DNA of 62,816 bases, the filler included, from Myxococcota bacterium (GTDB taxonomy: Bacteria > Myxococcota > Myxococcia > Myxococcales > Myxococcaceae): NCBI GenBank assembly GCA_049322255.1. It is 2 parts of 2 records of this genome, joined end to end, with 100 filler letters (N's around TTAATTAATTAA, not from the genome) between each part and the next. Parts side by side here need not be neighbours in the genome. Positions count along the whole stretch, not along the records: positions 1 to 31,500 come from JBMORE010000036.1; 1 more part is not named here. One strand, given 5' to 3'. The notes below the pieces were generated by a model. That model ran no database searches. It had not been told where the DNA came from and worked only from the letters and a program-made list of their open reading frames with translations. The position numbers and the translations under genes are program-made. This document shows positions 1 through 9,934 of the stretch, piece by piece (position 1 is the first letter of the stretch; each line of letters opens with the position of its first letter).

Positions 1-1042
1 AGACGGTACCGCCGGCGCCACCGCCCCCGGCTCCGTCGTAAAGCGCCCTCTGCGCGTCAGCCCCCCTCGCCGAAAATTCACATGCGCCCGAAATTCCCGC
101 CGCGCGCACGAAGATGGCGCCACCCCCTCGGGCGCCATTGGTCGGCGTATTGATGTCAGACGAGCCGGCTCCGCCGCCGCCGCCGAACAAGAGGCGATCG
201 CCAGGGAAGTAGGACAGTGAAGCGCCGCCTTCGGCGCGGTTCATCGGAAGAATGGTGCCGGAGAGTCCTCCGTACCCGCCGCGGCCAATGTGACTTCCGC
301 CTGCTCCACCGTGGTCGCCGCTGCCGCTTCCTCCCCCTCCGCCGCTCTCGTCGTTGCGAGGCCCGGTGGCGCCCGATGGGGAGGGAATTCCCTCGCCGCA
401 CTGGGCATCATAGGGCGGTCCAGTCCGAGGAACTGGGAGCGGGCCTCCGTCGAGTGCGCGAAAGCCACCGCCGTCGGGTAGCCAGAGCGCCGAGTTTGCG
501 GCGACGCCTCCCCGATAGCCCAGCCCGTCGGCGGACACCCGGCCGTCGCAGGTAAGAGAGCTTTTCACGAGAAAGGCAACCACTCCGCCCACAGCTCCGT
601 CCCACGGACGCGAGGAGACGACGCCTCCGTCGATAATGGTCAACTGGTTGTATTCGGGCACGGTCACCAACTGGGCGCCTGGCACGACGTACGAATGGGT
701 GAGGGGAGATTCGAGGGTGAGTGTTCCCACCGTGGTCGACTGCACCCGCGCCAGCTCGACAAGGCCCACGCTGTCGGCCGACAAGTCGATGCTCGGTGCG
801 CCAAGCTGTGCTGTCCGCGGAGACTGGGCCTGGTGCACCAGCACCAACTGCCCGACTTGGAGGCTCGTTGCACCAGCGACCTTCAAGGCTTGGGTGCCGG
901 CGGGCGCCGCTTCGGCCAGAGGCATGTACACGTTGACCACCAAAAGCGACGTCACCGTGAGGTCGCCATCGCGGCCATTCCCAAAGCCATAACCGTCCGC
1001 TGTGGCCACCAGTGACAGCAGCGCTGCGCAAAGCCCAGGCAT
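1..1042 (-). CDS. AgmC-like glycine-rich secreted protein, partial (runs off the left end of the window); tandem paralog of 1049..2797
   Basis: Absent from the ORF track because its stop lies outside the window. Manual translation from ATG at 1042 gives MPGLCAALLSLVATADGYGFGNGRDGDLTV...QLVTVPEYNQLTI...WDGAVGGVVAFLV...LGYRGG, open to position 1 and colinear with the next gene. Confidence 0.85.
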   Translation of the reverse strand, partial: MPGLCAALLSLVATADGYGFGNGRDGDLTVTSLLVVNVYMPLAEAAPAGTQALKVAGATSLQVGQLVLVHQAQSPRTAQLGAPSIDLSADSVGLVELARVQSTTVGTLTLESPLTHSYVVPGAQLVTVPEYNQLTIIDGGVVSSRPWDGAVGGVVAFLVKSSLTCDGRVSADGLGYRGGVAANSALWLPDGGGFRALDGGPLPVPRTGPPYDAQCGEGIPSPSGATGPRNDESGGGGGSGSGDHGGAGGSHIGRGGYGGLSGTILPMNRAEGGASLSYFPGDRLLFGGGGGAGSSDINTPTNGARGGGAIFVRAAGISGACEFSARGADAQRALYDGAGGGGAGGTV

Positions 1043-1048
1043 CGCGAA

Positions 1049-2797
1049 TCAGACCCTATTCTCAGAAGGGGACAAAATGTTGCGTTGGGTTGGTTTCATC
1101 CGCTGCTTTCGGCGAAACCGGAAGAGGGAGGCAAGCAACGCCCACAAGGCCCCCAGGGCCGCAAGCTCCGAATCGGAGGAAGCGCAACCGCACCCGACGT
1201 GGGTGGGGGCAGGTCGCCGGGAGAAGAAGGAAATGTTCTGCACCGGTGAACGCAAGCCCGGGGCGCTCTCGGCGAAGGCGGCGAAGGCGTGGCGGCCGTT
1301 TTCCAGCGGCGATTCGGGTTGTAAGCAGGTGCGCCATTGACCGGCCGAGCTCGCCGTCGCGTCGGGCAGGCTGAACCCGTCGACACTGACGAACACCCGG
1401 ACGCCACTTGATGCGGTGCCGTGAAAGCAAGGCGCATCGGAGACGATGATTTCCTCCGGTGCGGGTCGCTCGACCGTGAAGTCGGGCTGTGGACCGAAGG
1501 TGGGGTCGATCAGTTGTGCGAAGCCGGCGCCTTCCAGCGCGTCAGGAGACGTCGGTTCGGCGCCACGAGTGGTACCGCCGGAGGACAAGTCGCTTCCGCC
1601 CACGCCCGTTTGAACGAAGTAGGGGCACTGAATCGGCGCCCCACGCAGCATGACCAGACCTCCTCCGCCTCCGCCGCCAGGCCCGTGGCCATAGGACGTG
1701 GAGCCGCCCGTGCCGCCCGAGGCATTCGCCCGCGCACACCCGAGCGACCCTTCCGACGACACCGACACCGTGCCGCCGGCCCCTCCGCCACCAGCTCCGT
1801 CACCTGTTGCATCTGCAGGGGTGGTGCCTTTCGCCGAGAATTCGCACGCGCCCAAAACCGTTGCTGCGCGCACGAGAACTGCGCCGCCTCCACGGGCTCC
1901 GCCGGTCGGTGAGTCGATGTCGGAGGCGCCCGCGCCTCCACCGCCGCCGAAAATGAGCCGCTCGCCAGGGACGTAGAAGAGAGCGGCTCCGCCCTCGGCA
2001 GGAGGGCCGCTGAACGCCGATCCGCGGCCGCCTCGCCCACGGTGGCCTCCCCCAGCTCCGCCGTTTCTCAAGGAGGAAATGCCGCTCGCTCCTCCTCCGC
2101 CGTTCTCGTGGTTGAGTGGCCCGGTGACGCCAGACGGCAGGGTGACCCCCTCGCCGCATTCGGCGTCGTAGGGCGGCCCGCTCCGAGGACTGGGGACCAG
2201 ACCACCATCGAGAGCGGCGACGCCACCATCGGGCAGCAAAAGCTCCGAGTTTCGGGCGACGCCTCCGCGGTACCCAAGGCCCGCCGCGGACACCCGGCCG
2301 TCGCAGGTGAGCGAGCTCTTCACGAGGAAGGCGACGACCCCTCCCCGAGATCCATCCCATGGAAGGGCGGAGACGATGCCTCCGTCGGTGATGGTCAACT
2401 GGTTGTATTCGGGCACGGTCACCAGCTGGGCGCCCGGCACGACGTACGAATTCGTGAGGGGGGATTCGAGGGTGAGCGCTCCAGGTGTGGTCGATTGCAC
2501 CCGCGCCAACTCGAACCGGCCCACGCTGTCGGCCGACAAGTCGACGCTTGGTGTGCCGAGCTGCCCGGACCGTGGAGACTGCGCCTGGTGCACCAGCACC
2601 AGCTGCCCGGCACGCACGCTCGCTGCATCGGCGACCTTCAAGGTGCTCGTACCGGCAGACGCGGCTTCGGCCAAGGGTATGTACACATTGACCACCGAAA
2701 GCGACGTCACCGTGCGGTCGCCATCGCGGCCATTTCCTGAGCCGTACCCGTCCATCGTGGCGACCAAGGAGAGCAGCAATGCGCCCAGCCCGTGCAT
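1049..2797 (-). CDS. AgmC N-terminal-like, glycine-rich surface protein with an Ig-like domain and a MYXO-CTERM-like tail
   Basis: Signal peptide; VGRFELARV / QLVTVPEY / WDGSRGGVVAFL / GLGYRGG blocks resemble the AgmC N-terminus; GGGGGAG repeats; C-terminal GCGCAS-hydrophobic-RFRRK. Start at 2797 chosen by alignment with the paralog (2806 is the alternative). Confidence 0.8.
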   Translation of the reverse strand: MHGLGALLLSLVATMDGYGSGNGRDGDRTVTSLSVVNVYIPLAEAASAGTSTLKVADAASVRAGQLVLVHQAQSPRSGQLGTPSVDLSADSVGRFELARVQSTTPGALTLESPLTNSYVVPGAQLVTVPEYNQLTITDGGIVSALPWDGSRGGVVAFLVKSSLTCDGRVSAAGLGYRGGVARNSELLLPDGGVAALDGGLVPSPRSGPPYDAECGEGVTLPSGVTGPLNHENGGGGASGISSLRNGGAGGGHRGRGGRGSAFSGPPAEGGAALFYVPGERLIFGGGGGAGASDIDSPTGGARGGGAVLVRAATVLGACEFSAKGTTPADATGDGAGGGGAGGTVSVSSEGSLGCARANASGGTGGSTSYGHGPGGGGGGGLVMLRGAPIQCPYFVQTGVGGSDLSSGGTTRGAEPTSPDALEGAGFAQLIDPTFGPQPDFTVERPAPEEIIVSDAPCFHGTASSGVRVFVSVDGFSLPDATASSAGQWRTCLQPESPLENGRHAFAAFAESAPGLRSPVQNISFFSRRPAPTHVGCGCASSDSELAALGALWALLASLFRFRRKQRMKPTQRNILSPSENRV

Positions 2798-2944
2798 GAG
2801 CGGCATCAGACCTCATTCTGGGTCGGGCCCCAAGCGAACGTCTGCCCTCGAATCCTCCCGACTTGTTGCCCCGTCGCTCGTTTGATCGTGCGCCTGTCAG
2901 AGCGCGCCGATATGGTTCGTTTGTAGGTAAAGCGGAGGAGGAAC

Positions 2945-3346
2945 ATGCTCTACAAAGTCACTCCGATGATGGCTCCGCCCGAGGCGAAGCCGAAGGCGAA
3001 GAAGGCACGGGAGCCGGGGCAGCCGCGCAAGCGTCGCAAGTCGGCGGTCTACGACTACGAGGGCCACGAGGTGCTCATCACCTTGATGTGCCTCAAGTGC
3101 CGGCAGATCAAACCCCTGCTTCAGTTCGGGCTGCGCAAGATGGCCGATGGGGCGATCCGCAATCAGCCCTGGTGCCGCACCTGCCGCTCGGGCGCGGGAA
3201 CCAAGAAGCCCAAAGCCGAGGTCTCGCCGGTGGCGGAGCACTCCGAAGACACAAGGCTTCTCGCCGCCGAGCCGGCGCCCCAGCTCGCCGCCCAGACCGA
3301 AGAGCCTACTCAGCCGCAGGGGCCCCTCGAGCTGAGCGAGAGCTAG
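2945..3346 (+). CDS. small basic protein with a CxxC...CxxC zinc ribbon
   Basis: GGAGGAGG ribosome-binding site upstream; CLKC and CRTC motifs; Lys/Arg-rich N-terminus. Confidence 0.75.
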   Translation: MLYKVTPMMAPPEAKPKAKKAREPGQPRKRRKSAVYDYEGHEVLITLMCLKCRQIKPLLQFGLRKMADGAIRNQPWCRTCRSGAGTKKPKAEVSPVAEHSEDTRLLAAEPAPQLAAQTEEPTQPQGPLELSES

Positions 3347-3369
3347 CCGAAGCAAGACGGCGCGCCGCC

Positions 3370-4605
3370 ATGCAACCGCTCGCCGGCATCCGAGTGCTCG
3401 ATCTGTCCCGTGTCCTCTCGGGGCCGTTTTGCACCATGAACCTGGGCGACATGGGCGCCGAGGTGATCAAGGTCGAAGCGCCGGGCGAAGGAGACGACAC
3501 CCGCGCCTTCGGCCCTCCCTTCATCCACGGGGTGTCGACGTACTTCCTCTCCATCAACCGCAACAAGAAGTCGCTCGCGGTGAACTTGAAGGACCCGCGC
3601 GGGCGAGAGGTGGTGTGGCGCCTGGTGGAGCAGAGCGACGTGCTGGTGGAGAACTTCCGCCCCGGGGTCGCCGCCCGTCTGGGGTTTTCCTACGAGGCGC
3701 TGCGTCAGAAGAACCGGCGATTGGTGTACTGCTCGATCAGCGGTTTTGGCCACCGCGGGCTGGAGGCGTTCTCCCGCCTCCCCGGTTACGACGTGGTGGT
3801 GCAGGGGCTCTCGGGGCTGCAGCACCTCACCGGAGACCCCGAGGGGCCTCCCACCAAGGTCGGGGTGTCGATTGCCGACCTGCTCACCGGGATGACCGCC
3901 TTCCAGTCGATTCTCCTCGCGCTCTTGGCCCGGGAGAAAAGCGGCGAGGGGCAGTTTCTCGATGTGTCGATGCTCGACTCGACCGCGCAGGTGCTCACCT
4001 TCCAAGCCACCGCCCACCTCATCGCGGGCAAGAGCCCCAGGCGCATGGGCAACCGCCACCCGTCGATCGCCCCTTACGAGTCTTTTGGGGCCGCCGACGG
4101 CTACTTCAACCTCGCGGTGGGCAACGACGCGCAGTTCAAAAAGCTCTGCGAGGTCTTGGGCGAGCCAAGCTGGGCTCTCGACGCACGCTTTGCGAAAAAC
4201 CGCGATCGGGTGGAAAACCGTGAGGTGCTGGTGGCCTTGCTCGCCCCGCGTTTTGCCGCGCAGCCGGTGGAGCACTGGGTGAAAACGCTCGAAGCGGCGG
4301 GCATTCCCGCGGGGCCGATTCCTGACGTCGCCGGAGCGCTGGCCCACCCGCAGCTGGCCGCCCGGGGGATGATCGCCGACGTCGATCACCCCGAGGCAGG
4401 GCCGATTCGCATGCTCGGCTCGCCGTTGCCGCTGGAGGGAGCGAGGCTCACCCCGTCACCCCCGCCCGCGTTGGGCCAACACACCCACGACATCTTGCGC
4501 GCGCTGGGATGGAGCGACGAAGAAATCTCCGCCCTGGTCCGGGAACGGGTGGTGGCCCAATACGAAAGGCCCCGCCGTCAACCAGCGGAGCCTTTCATTT
4601 CCTAG
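3370..4605 (+). CDS. CaiB/BaiF family (class III) CoA-transferase
   Basis: PLAGIRVLDLSRVLSGP, GAEVIKVE, NRNKKS, DVLVENFRPG and PPALGQHT motifs; start at MQPLAG. Confidence 0.95.
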   Translation: MQPLAGIRVLDLSRVLSGPFCTMNLGDMGAEVIKVEAPGEGDDTRAFGPPFIHGVSTYFLSINRNKKSLAVNLKDPRGREVVWRLVEQSDVLVENFRPGVAARLGFSYEALRQKNRRLVYCSISGFGHRGLEAFSRLPGYDVVVQGLSGLQHLTGDPEGPPTKVGVSIADLLTGMTAFQSILLALLAREKSGEGQFLDVSMLDSTAQVLTFQATAHLIAGKSPRRMGNRHPSIAPYESFGAADGYFNLAVGNDAQFKKLCEVLGEPSWALDARFAKNRDRVENREVLVALLAPRFAAQPVEHWVKTLEAAGIPAGPIPDVAGALAHPQLAARGMIADVDHPEAGPIRMLGSPLPLEGARLTPSPPPALGQHTHDILRALGWSDEEISALVRERVVAQYERPRRQPAEPFIS

Positions 4606-4612
4606 AACGAAG

Positions 4613-4685
<73 letters not shown>

Positions 4686-4840
4686 GCGTTCTTCTCCTTC
4701 GCAAAGCTGCTTTGGAGAATGGAGCGTGCAAATAGCGAAGCGGTCCGGGGGTGTCAAGGTGAGGGCGAGTCCGTTCATGGCATTTGACTGCCACCTGCGC
4801 CGATGCAATAAAAATTCCCTTTCGCGACCTGCCACCCTCG

Positions 4841-7183
4841 ATGCCCGCCTCCTCCACGAAAACGCTGAGCCCGGCCGAGCTCGCGAAGCTGGAGCACGCG
4901 TTTGCCACCGACCCCAGCTCCGACGCTTACAAACCTTTGGCCGAGGCCTACCTGGGCATGGGCCGCTTCATGGAGGCGATGGTCGTCTGCAAGAAGGGGG
5001 TGAAGGCTCACCCCACCGCCGCCGACCCCCGCGTGCTGCTCGCCCGCGTGTACGCCGAGCAGGGGAAGGACAAGAAAGCCCTCGAGGAGCTGCAGGGCGC
5101 GCTGCAGGTGGCACCTTCGGACAAGGCGGTGCTGCGTTTGGCAGGAGCGCTGCAGCTCAAGACAGGAGAGGCCGACACCGGAAGGGCCAACCTGCTCAAG
5201 GCTTACGAGGCAGACCCCAGCGACGAAGAGACCAAGGCGCTCCTGGTCCAGTGGAAGGTCGAGCCTCCCAAGCGCGCTGCCCCGGTCGCCGTCGCGCACG
5301 ACGCGCCCCCGGTGCTCACTCCGGTATTGCGGTCTGGCGGCGCACGCCCTCCTTCTCACGGGGAACCTCCGGCTGCCCCCGCCAAAGCCCGCGCGCCCGT
5401 GAACGGCTCCCAGCCCCAGCCCCGTTCCTCCCCTGCACCTGCCCGGGCTCCGGCTCCCGCTGCGGCACGAGCGGCGGCCAAGCCTTCTCGCGTCCCCCGC
5501 AAGGAGTACGACGACGACATCTCCGAGGTGTCGGAGGTCATCGAGCTCTCGCGCCGCTCGCGCAAAAAGGGTGGGAGCAAGGGGGCGTTTCTCTTCTTGC
5601 TCTTCGTGCTTCCGCTGGGGTTGGGGGTCTACTGGGGCGTGGGGCGTTGGCAGGCGATGCGCAACCGTGAGATCGCCAAGCTGCTCACCGAAGCCGAGGA
5701 GCAGCTCAAGCCCGACAGCTTCGATGCCTACAAGAAGGCGACGGAGGCGGCGGGCAAGGTGCTGGACTTAGACCCCAACGACTCCCGCGCCCACGGGTTT
5801 TTGGCGTACGCCTACGCGATTCGCTGGGGTGAGCACGGCGACGTCGACGCGCAGGAGAAGGCGAGCAAGCACGTGGAGGCGGCGAAGGGCAGCGGCAAGC
5901 CCAGCGCGCACCTGGTCGCCGCCGACGCGTTGGTGAAGACGTACTCGGGCAAGGGCTCCGAGGCGCTCAAGGACCTGGAGGGCAGCGAGAAGAAGGGCCC
6001 GCTGCTCTATTTGACCTTGGGCCTGGTGCAGATGAACAACGGCGACCTCGAGCGCGCGCGAGAGAGCTTCGACGCCGCCGCCGCGCAGAGCTCGGGTGAC
6101 CCGCGCATCTTCGCCGCCTTGGGCAACCTCTACCGCCGCCGCGGGCAGGACATCGACGCCTTGCGCAACTTCGACTTCGCGCTGCGCTACCAGACCGACC
6201 ACCACGAGTCGATGCTCGGCAAGTGCTTTCTCGTGCTCGAGCAGGAGAGCCCCGATCGCAACTACATCGGTGCGGCGAAGATGCTCAAGAAGCTGATCGA
6301 CTCGGTGCCTCCGCCCTCGCGCCGGCAGCTGGCCACTGCGTTCCTCTTGCGCTCGCTGCTCATCTCCCGCGTGGCCAACGACCTGCCGCTCTATACCTCC
6401 GAAGCCTTCAAGAAGGAGCTGACCGAGGGCACAGGCGTGGGCACCGACAAGGCCAAGAACAACGCCGAGATCGCCAAGGCGGAGGAAGACGGCTTCGCCC
6501 TCGACAAGGGCAACCCCGAGCTCTTGCTCATCAAGGCGCGGCGCCTCTATTACGAAAAGAGCTACGACGCTGCGGTCACCGAGCTGCGCAAGGCGATTTC
6601 GGCAGACGGCTCCCGCGCGCACTACCACGTCGAGCTCGCCCGCTCGCTCAAACAGAAAGGGGCCCACGCCGAGGCGGAGGACGCGCTCAAGAAGGCGCTC
6701 ACCATGGTCCCCGACAGCCCCAAGCTGCAGACCCTTCTGGCGGACGCCTACCTGGCGCAAAAGAAGTTCGACGATGCGTTGGCGCAGTACGAGCGTGCGG
6801 TGAGAGACGAGAAGGCGAAAAACCCCGATGCGCGCTTCGCGATGGGGCGCATCTACCGCGAGATGAAGAAGGACTTTCCCAAGGCCATCACCTCCTTCGA
6901 GCGCTCCGCCCTGGAGTACGTGGGCCGGACGGACATGGTGGCCAATTCGTACGCCCAACTCGGCCTCACCCACGAGGCCAAGGGCGACGAGGCGAAGGCG
7001 CGCGAGTCGTACGAGAGGGCGCTCAACGCCGACAAAGATCTTTCCGGGCCTTACTTCCTTTTGGCCAAGCTGCTCGCGGCCAACCCCAAGGAGCGGGGGA
7101 AGGCCAAGGAGCTGGCGAGGGAATATTTGAAGCTTTCGCCCCGAGGGGAGTACGCCGAAGCGGCCCAGCGGTTGGCGAGGTAG
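4841..7183 (+). CDS. bitopic tetratricopeptide-repeat protein (cytoplasmic TPRs, Pro/Ala linker, one TM helix, extracytoplasmic TPRs)
   Basis: Repeated LAxAY/LGxxY...A...YExAL helices; hydrophobic segment AFLFLLFVLPLGLGVYW. Confidence 0.9.
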   Translation: MPASSTKTLSPAELAKLEHAFATDPSSDAYKPLAEAYLGMGRFMEAMVVCKKGVKAHPTAADPRVLLARVYAEQGKDKKALEELQGALQVAPSDKAVLRLAGALQLKTGEADTGRANLLKAYEADPSDEETKALLVQWKVEPPKRAAPVAVAHDAPPVLTPVLRSGGARPPSHGEPPAAPAKARAPVNGSQPQPRSSPAPARAPAPAAARAAAKPSRVPRKEYDDDISEVSEVIELSRRSRKKGGSKGAFLFLLFVLPLGLGVYWGVGRWQAMRNREIAKLLTEAEEQLKPDSFDAYKKATEAAGKVLDLDPNDSRAHGFLAYAYAIRWGEHGDVDAQEKASKHVEAAKGSGKPSAHLVAADALVKTYSGKGSEALKDLEGSEKKGPLLYLTLGLVQMNNGDLERARESFDAAAAQSSGDPRIFAALGNLYRRRGQDIDALRNFDFALRYQTDHHESMLGKCFLVLEQESPDRNYIGAAKMLKKLIDSVPPPSRRQLATAFLLRSLLISRVANDLPLYTSEAFKKELTEGTGVGTDKAKNNAEIAKAEEDGFALDKGNPELLLIKARRLYYEKSYDAAVTELRKAISADGSRAHYHVELARSLKQKGAHAEAEDALKKALTMVPDSPKLQTLLADAYLAQKKFDDALAQYERAVRDEKAKNPDARFAMGRIYREMKKDFPKAITSFERSALEYVGRTDMVANSYAQLGLTHEAKGDEAKARESYERALNADKDLSGPYFLLAKLLAANPKERGKAKELAREYLKLSPRGEYAEAAQRLAR

Positions 7184-7702
7184 ATGGGTATCGTGGTCAT
7201 CGGCCTGGGTGCGTTGCTCCTGGGCTTTTTGCTCATCCTCCTCATCTCCGCCACCGCCCCCAAGCCGGAGGAGCTCGCCGCCGGCGGCTCGATGCCCGAG
7301 GCGCCTCACAGCTGGATCGGCCGGCTCGACGCCGAGGAGATGGGCAAGCTGCTCTCCATGCTTTTTGCCGAGCTCAAGTTCGAGGTGGAGGACAGCCGCA
7401 TTCTGGACAACGTGGTCGACCTCTTCGCGGTCAACCCCACTCCCATCACCGGAGGGCGGGTGTACATCCGCGGGGTGACGCACCCGCCTTTGGGGATGGT
7501 GGGTGAAGAGGAGGTACGGGTCGCCCTCGACACGGCACGCGCCGAGATGGCGGGGAAGGCCCTGGTCGCCACCGGAGGCATCTTCTCCGCCGAGGCGAAG
7601 GCCGCCGCCGCAGGGGCGCCGCTCGAGCTACTGGACGGGCCCGTGCTCTGGGGGCTGGTCAAGAAACATCTGCCGCCCATCGCGGTGGCCAAGCGAGTCT
7701 GA
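7184..7702 (+). CDS. membrane-anchored Mrr-like restriction-endonuclease-fold protein
   Basis: N-terminal TM helix; Mrr_cat-like pattern (LDAEEMGKLLSMLFAELKFEV, VDLFA, KALVATGGIFSAEAKAAA...LELLDG). Confidence 0.7.
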   Translation: MGIVVIGLGALLLGFLLILLISATAPKPEELAAGGSMPEAPHSWIGRLDAEEMGKLLSMLFAELKFEVEDSRILDNVVDLFAVNPTPITGGRVYIRGVTHPPLGMVGEEEVRVALDTARAEMAGKALVATGGIFSAEAKAAAAGAPLELLDGPVLWGLVKKHLPPIAVAKRV

Positions 7703-7781
7703 AACGGCGGTCGCGTTGACCCCTTCCAAAGGACGTTGCTAAAAGCCCCGCCTCACCGCACGCCTCAGAACCGAGCAATCC

Positions 7782-9140
7782 ATGCGCTCCATTCGTGCCG
7801 CCCTGTGGGCACTTCCTTTGGCCTTGGTCGCCTGCCCCGGCGGCCGGCCCGTGCCCAAGGAAGACGCTGGCACCATCGACTTCGTCGGTCGCTCGTGCAA
7901 CGTCGACGCCGAGTGCGGCTCGCTGCGCTGCGACAAGGTGCGACACCAGTGCATTTGTCTGTCCGACTCGAGCTGCGCCCCCACCCAGCCTGGCGACCCC
8001 GTTCGGTACTGCAACAACTACACGGGGCTGTGCGTCACCGAGATCAGCGGGTGCAAGAGCGACCTCGACTGCAAGGACTCGGCGGGCGAGGTCGACCCCA
8101 CCCAGTACTGCGACTCATCGATTCGCACCTGCCGCCCGCGCAAGGCCTTTTGCGAGGTGTGCGCGGCTGACTTCGAGTGCGGCGGCCAGGGCGACTTGTG
8201 CCTGACCGACTCCACCCTGAACGTGATGTTCTGCGGCAAGGCCTGCGCCCTCAACGCCGATTGCGCGCGCGGCGCCACCTGCCAGGATTTCAACGGCACC
8301 AAACAGTGCTGGCCCGATCTCGATGGCGGAGGTGTCAGCGGCCCGCCCTCGTGCAGGAACTTCAAAGGCTGCACATCCGACTCGCTTCGAACGTGCAACT
8401 CCAACGCCGATTGCGCCGACTTGGGTGATCAGCGCTGCGACCTGGCTCAGGGCAAGTGCGTGGCCATCGACCAGGTCTGCCCGTTTGGCACCGTGTGCGA
8501 CCCTCGTAACAAGATTTGCGTGCTCGAGTGCGCGGTCGACGCCGACTGCGGAGACCCCACCTTGCGCTGCACCAACCGGGTGTGCGAGCCGATCGGCGAG
8601 TGCGCCTCCGATGCCCAGTGCCCGGCGAACAAGGTGTGCAGCATTCCCCCCGGCCAGCTGACCGGTCAGTGCCAGCCGTTCTGTCAGACGGACCAAGACT
8701 GCCCCTTGGGCAACACCTGCCAGCGCTTGGGAGACAAGTTCCGCTGTGCGCCGGGCTGCAACTCGAACGCCAACTGCCCCATCGACCAGCGCTGCAACAC
8801 CACCACCAAGACCTGCGAGGGGCCGGTGGTGGGCGCGGTGCGTACCTGCCAAGCGACGGTGGCGTGCAACACCTGCGAGCTGTGCGACCTCACCCAATTT
8901 GCGTGCTTCGCCGCCAAGGGCACCTTCCCGTTCTGCGTGCAGTGCTCCTCGTCGACCGAGTGCGCGGGCGGCGCCTGTGTACAGATGGCCGACGGGAAGA
9001 GCTACTGCGCCAAGTACTGCGTCACCGGCCAGGAGTGCCCGCAAGGCTTCGCCTGCCTGCCCACCGCTGCGGCCGACGGAGGGCAAGGGCAGAGCGTCTG
9101 CGTGCCCGCCAACCGGCAGTGCGCCAACAAGTGCCCATGA
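7782..9140 (+). CDS. cysteine-rich repeat lipoprotein
   Basis: Lipobox LVAC; many CxxDxDC / CxSNANC repeats. Confidence 0.85.
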   Translation: MRSIRAALWALPLALVACPGGRPVPKEDAGTIDFVGRSCNVDAECGSLRCDKVRHQCICLSDSSCAPTQPGDPVRYCNNYTGLCVTEISGCKSDLDCKDSAGEVDPTQYCDSSIRTCRPRKAFCEVCAADFECGGQGDLCLTDSTLNVMFCGKACALNADCARGATCQDFNGTKQCWPDLDGGGVSGPPSCRNFKGCTSDSLRTCNSNADCADLGDQRCDLAQGKCVAIDQVCPFGTVCDPRNKICVLECAVDADCGDPTLRCTNRVCEPIGECASDAQCPANKVCSIPPGQLTGQCQPFCQTDQDCPLGNTCQRLGDKFRCAPGCNSNANCPIDQRCNTTTKTCEGPVVGAVRTCQATVACNTCELCDLTQFACFAAKGTFPFCVQCSSSTECAGGACVQMADGKSYCAKYCVTGQECPQGFACLPTAAADGGQGQSVCVPANRQCANKCP

Positions 9141-9934
9141 GGCCCGCGAGAAGCTGCGTGAGAGCTACTCTCTTTTTTCTCGCTGGTGTCACGTTCAGCG
9201 CCTGCTCGCCGGCGGCCTCGAAGGAGCTGTGCAACAACCAGGTCGATGACGACGGCAACGGTTTGCGCGATTGCGCCGACCCTGTGTGTGCGGCCGACCC
9301 TACGTGCCCCTTCACCCACGCCGACGCTGGCTTCTTCGGCACTTGCCAAAAGTGCGGCCGCTTCTGCGCCCAGCAGGCGGAGTGCCTGGCGACCACCTAC
9401 TCCGGCGACGACCCGCTGCCCCAGTGCCAAAAGAGCGTGTGCGCCGCCCTTCTCGAGGGCATCGACGTACGCTTCGAGGTGAACACGTCGGCGTGGACGG
9501 GAGTGTCGGCCACCATCCGCTCGATGAACACCCGCTTCGTTCTCGAGAAGGCGCTCGATGGCACCGTGGTGAGCTGCGCTACCCTGGCCGCGCTGGCGTC
9601 CTCCACTTCGGCGGCCGACGCCGACCAAATCGAGCGCACGGGGCGGTTCAACCTGCTTGCCTTCGACGTCGCCCCGGTGCAGGCCGCTCCGGGTACCGTC
9701 ATCATCCAGCCGTACCTGCCCACCGGCACCGGGAGCGACTTTCTCATCTGGGTCGAGCTGTGGAACGGGGGGCGCGACAGCGACACCAAGCTGCCCACCG
9801 GTCTTCGCCTCGGCTGGGGGTGCTTCGAGTCGGGCCCTGAGGTGGAGCCGCTCAAGACCGAGCACCACTGGCCGAACACCGGGCCCTTGCCCACCAGCCG
9901 TACCATTCGGGTGCTCATGCCGGCGCCCCAGTAG
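9137..9934 (+). CDS. lipoprotein with a Cys/Asp-rich (DDDGNGLRDCADPVC) motif
   Basis: ATGA overlap with the upstream stop; lipobox FSAC; ELCNNQVDDDGNGLRDC motif typical of myxobacterial surface proteins. Confidence 0.8.
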   Translation: MRPARSCVRATLFFLAGVTFSACSPAASKELCNNQVDDDGNGLRDCADPVCAADPTCPFTHADAGFFGTCQKCGRFCAQQAECLATTYSGDDPLPQCQKSVCAALLEGIDVRFEVNTSAWTGVSATIRSMNTRFVLEKALDGTVVSCATLAALASSTSAADADQIERTGRFNLLAFDVAPVQAAPGTVIIQPYLPTGTGSDFLIWVELWNGGRDSDTKLPTGLRLGWGCFESGPEVEPLKTEHHWPNTGPLPTSRTIRVLMPAPQ

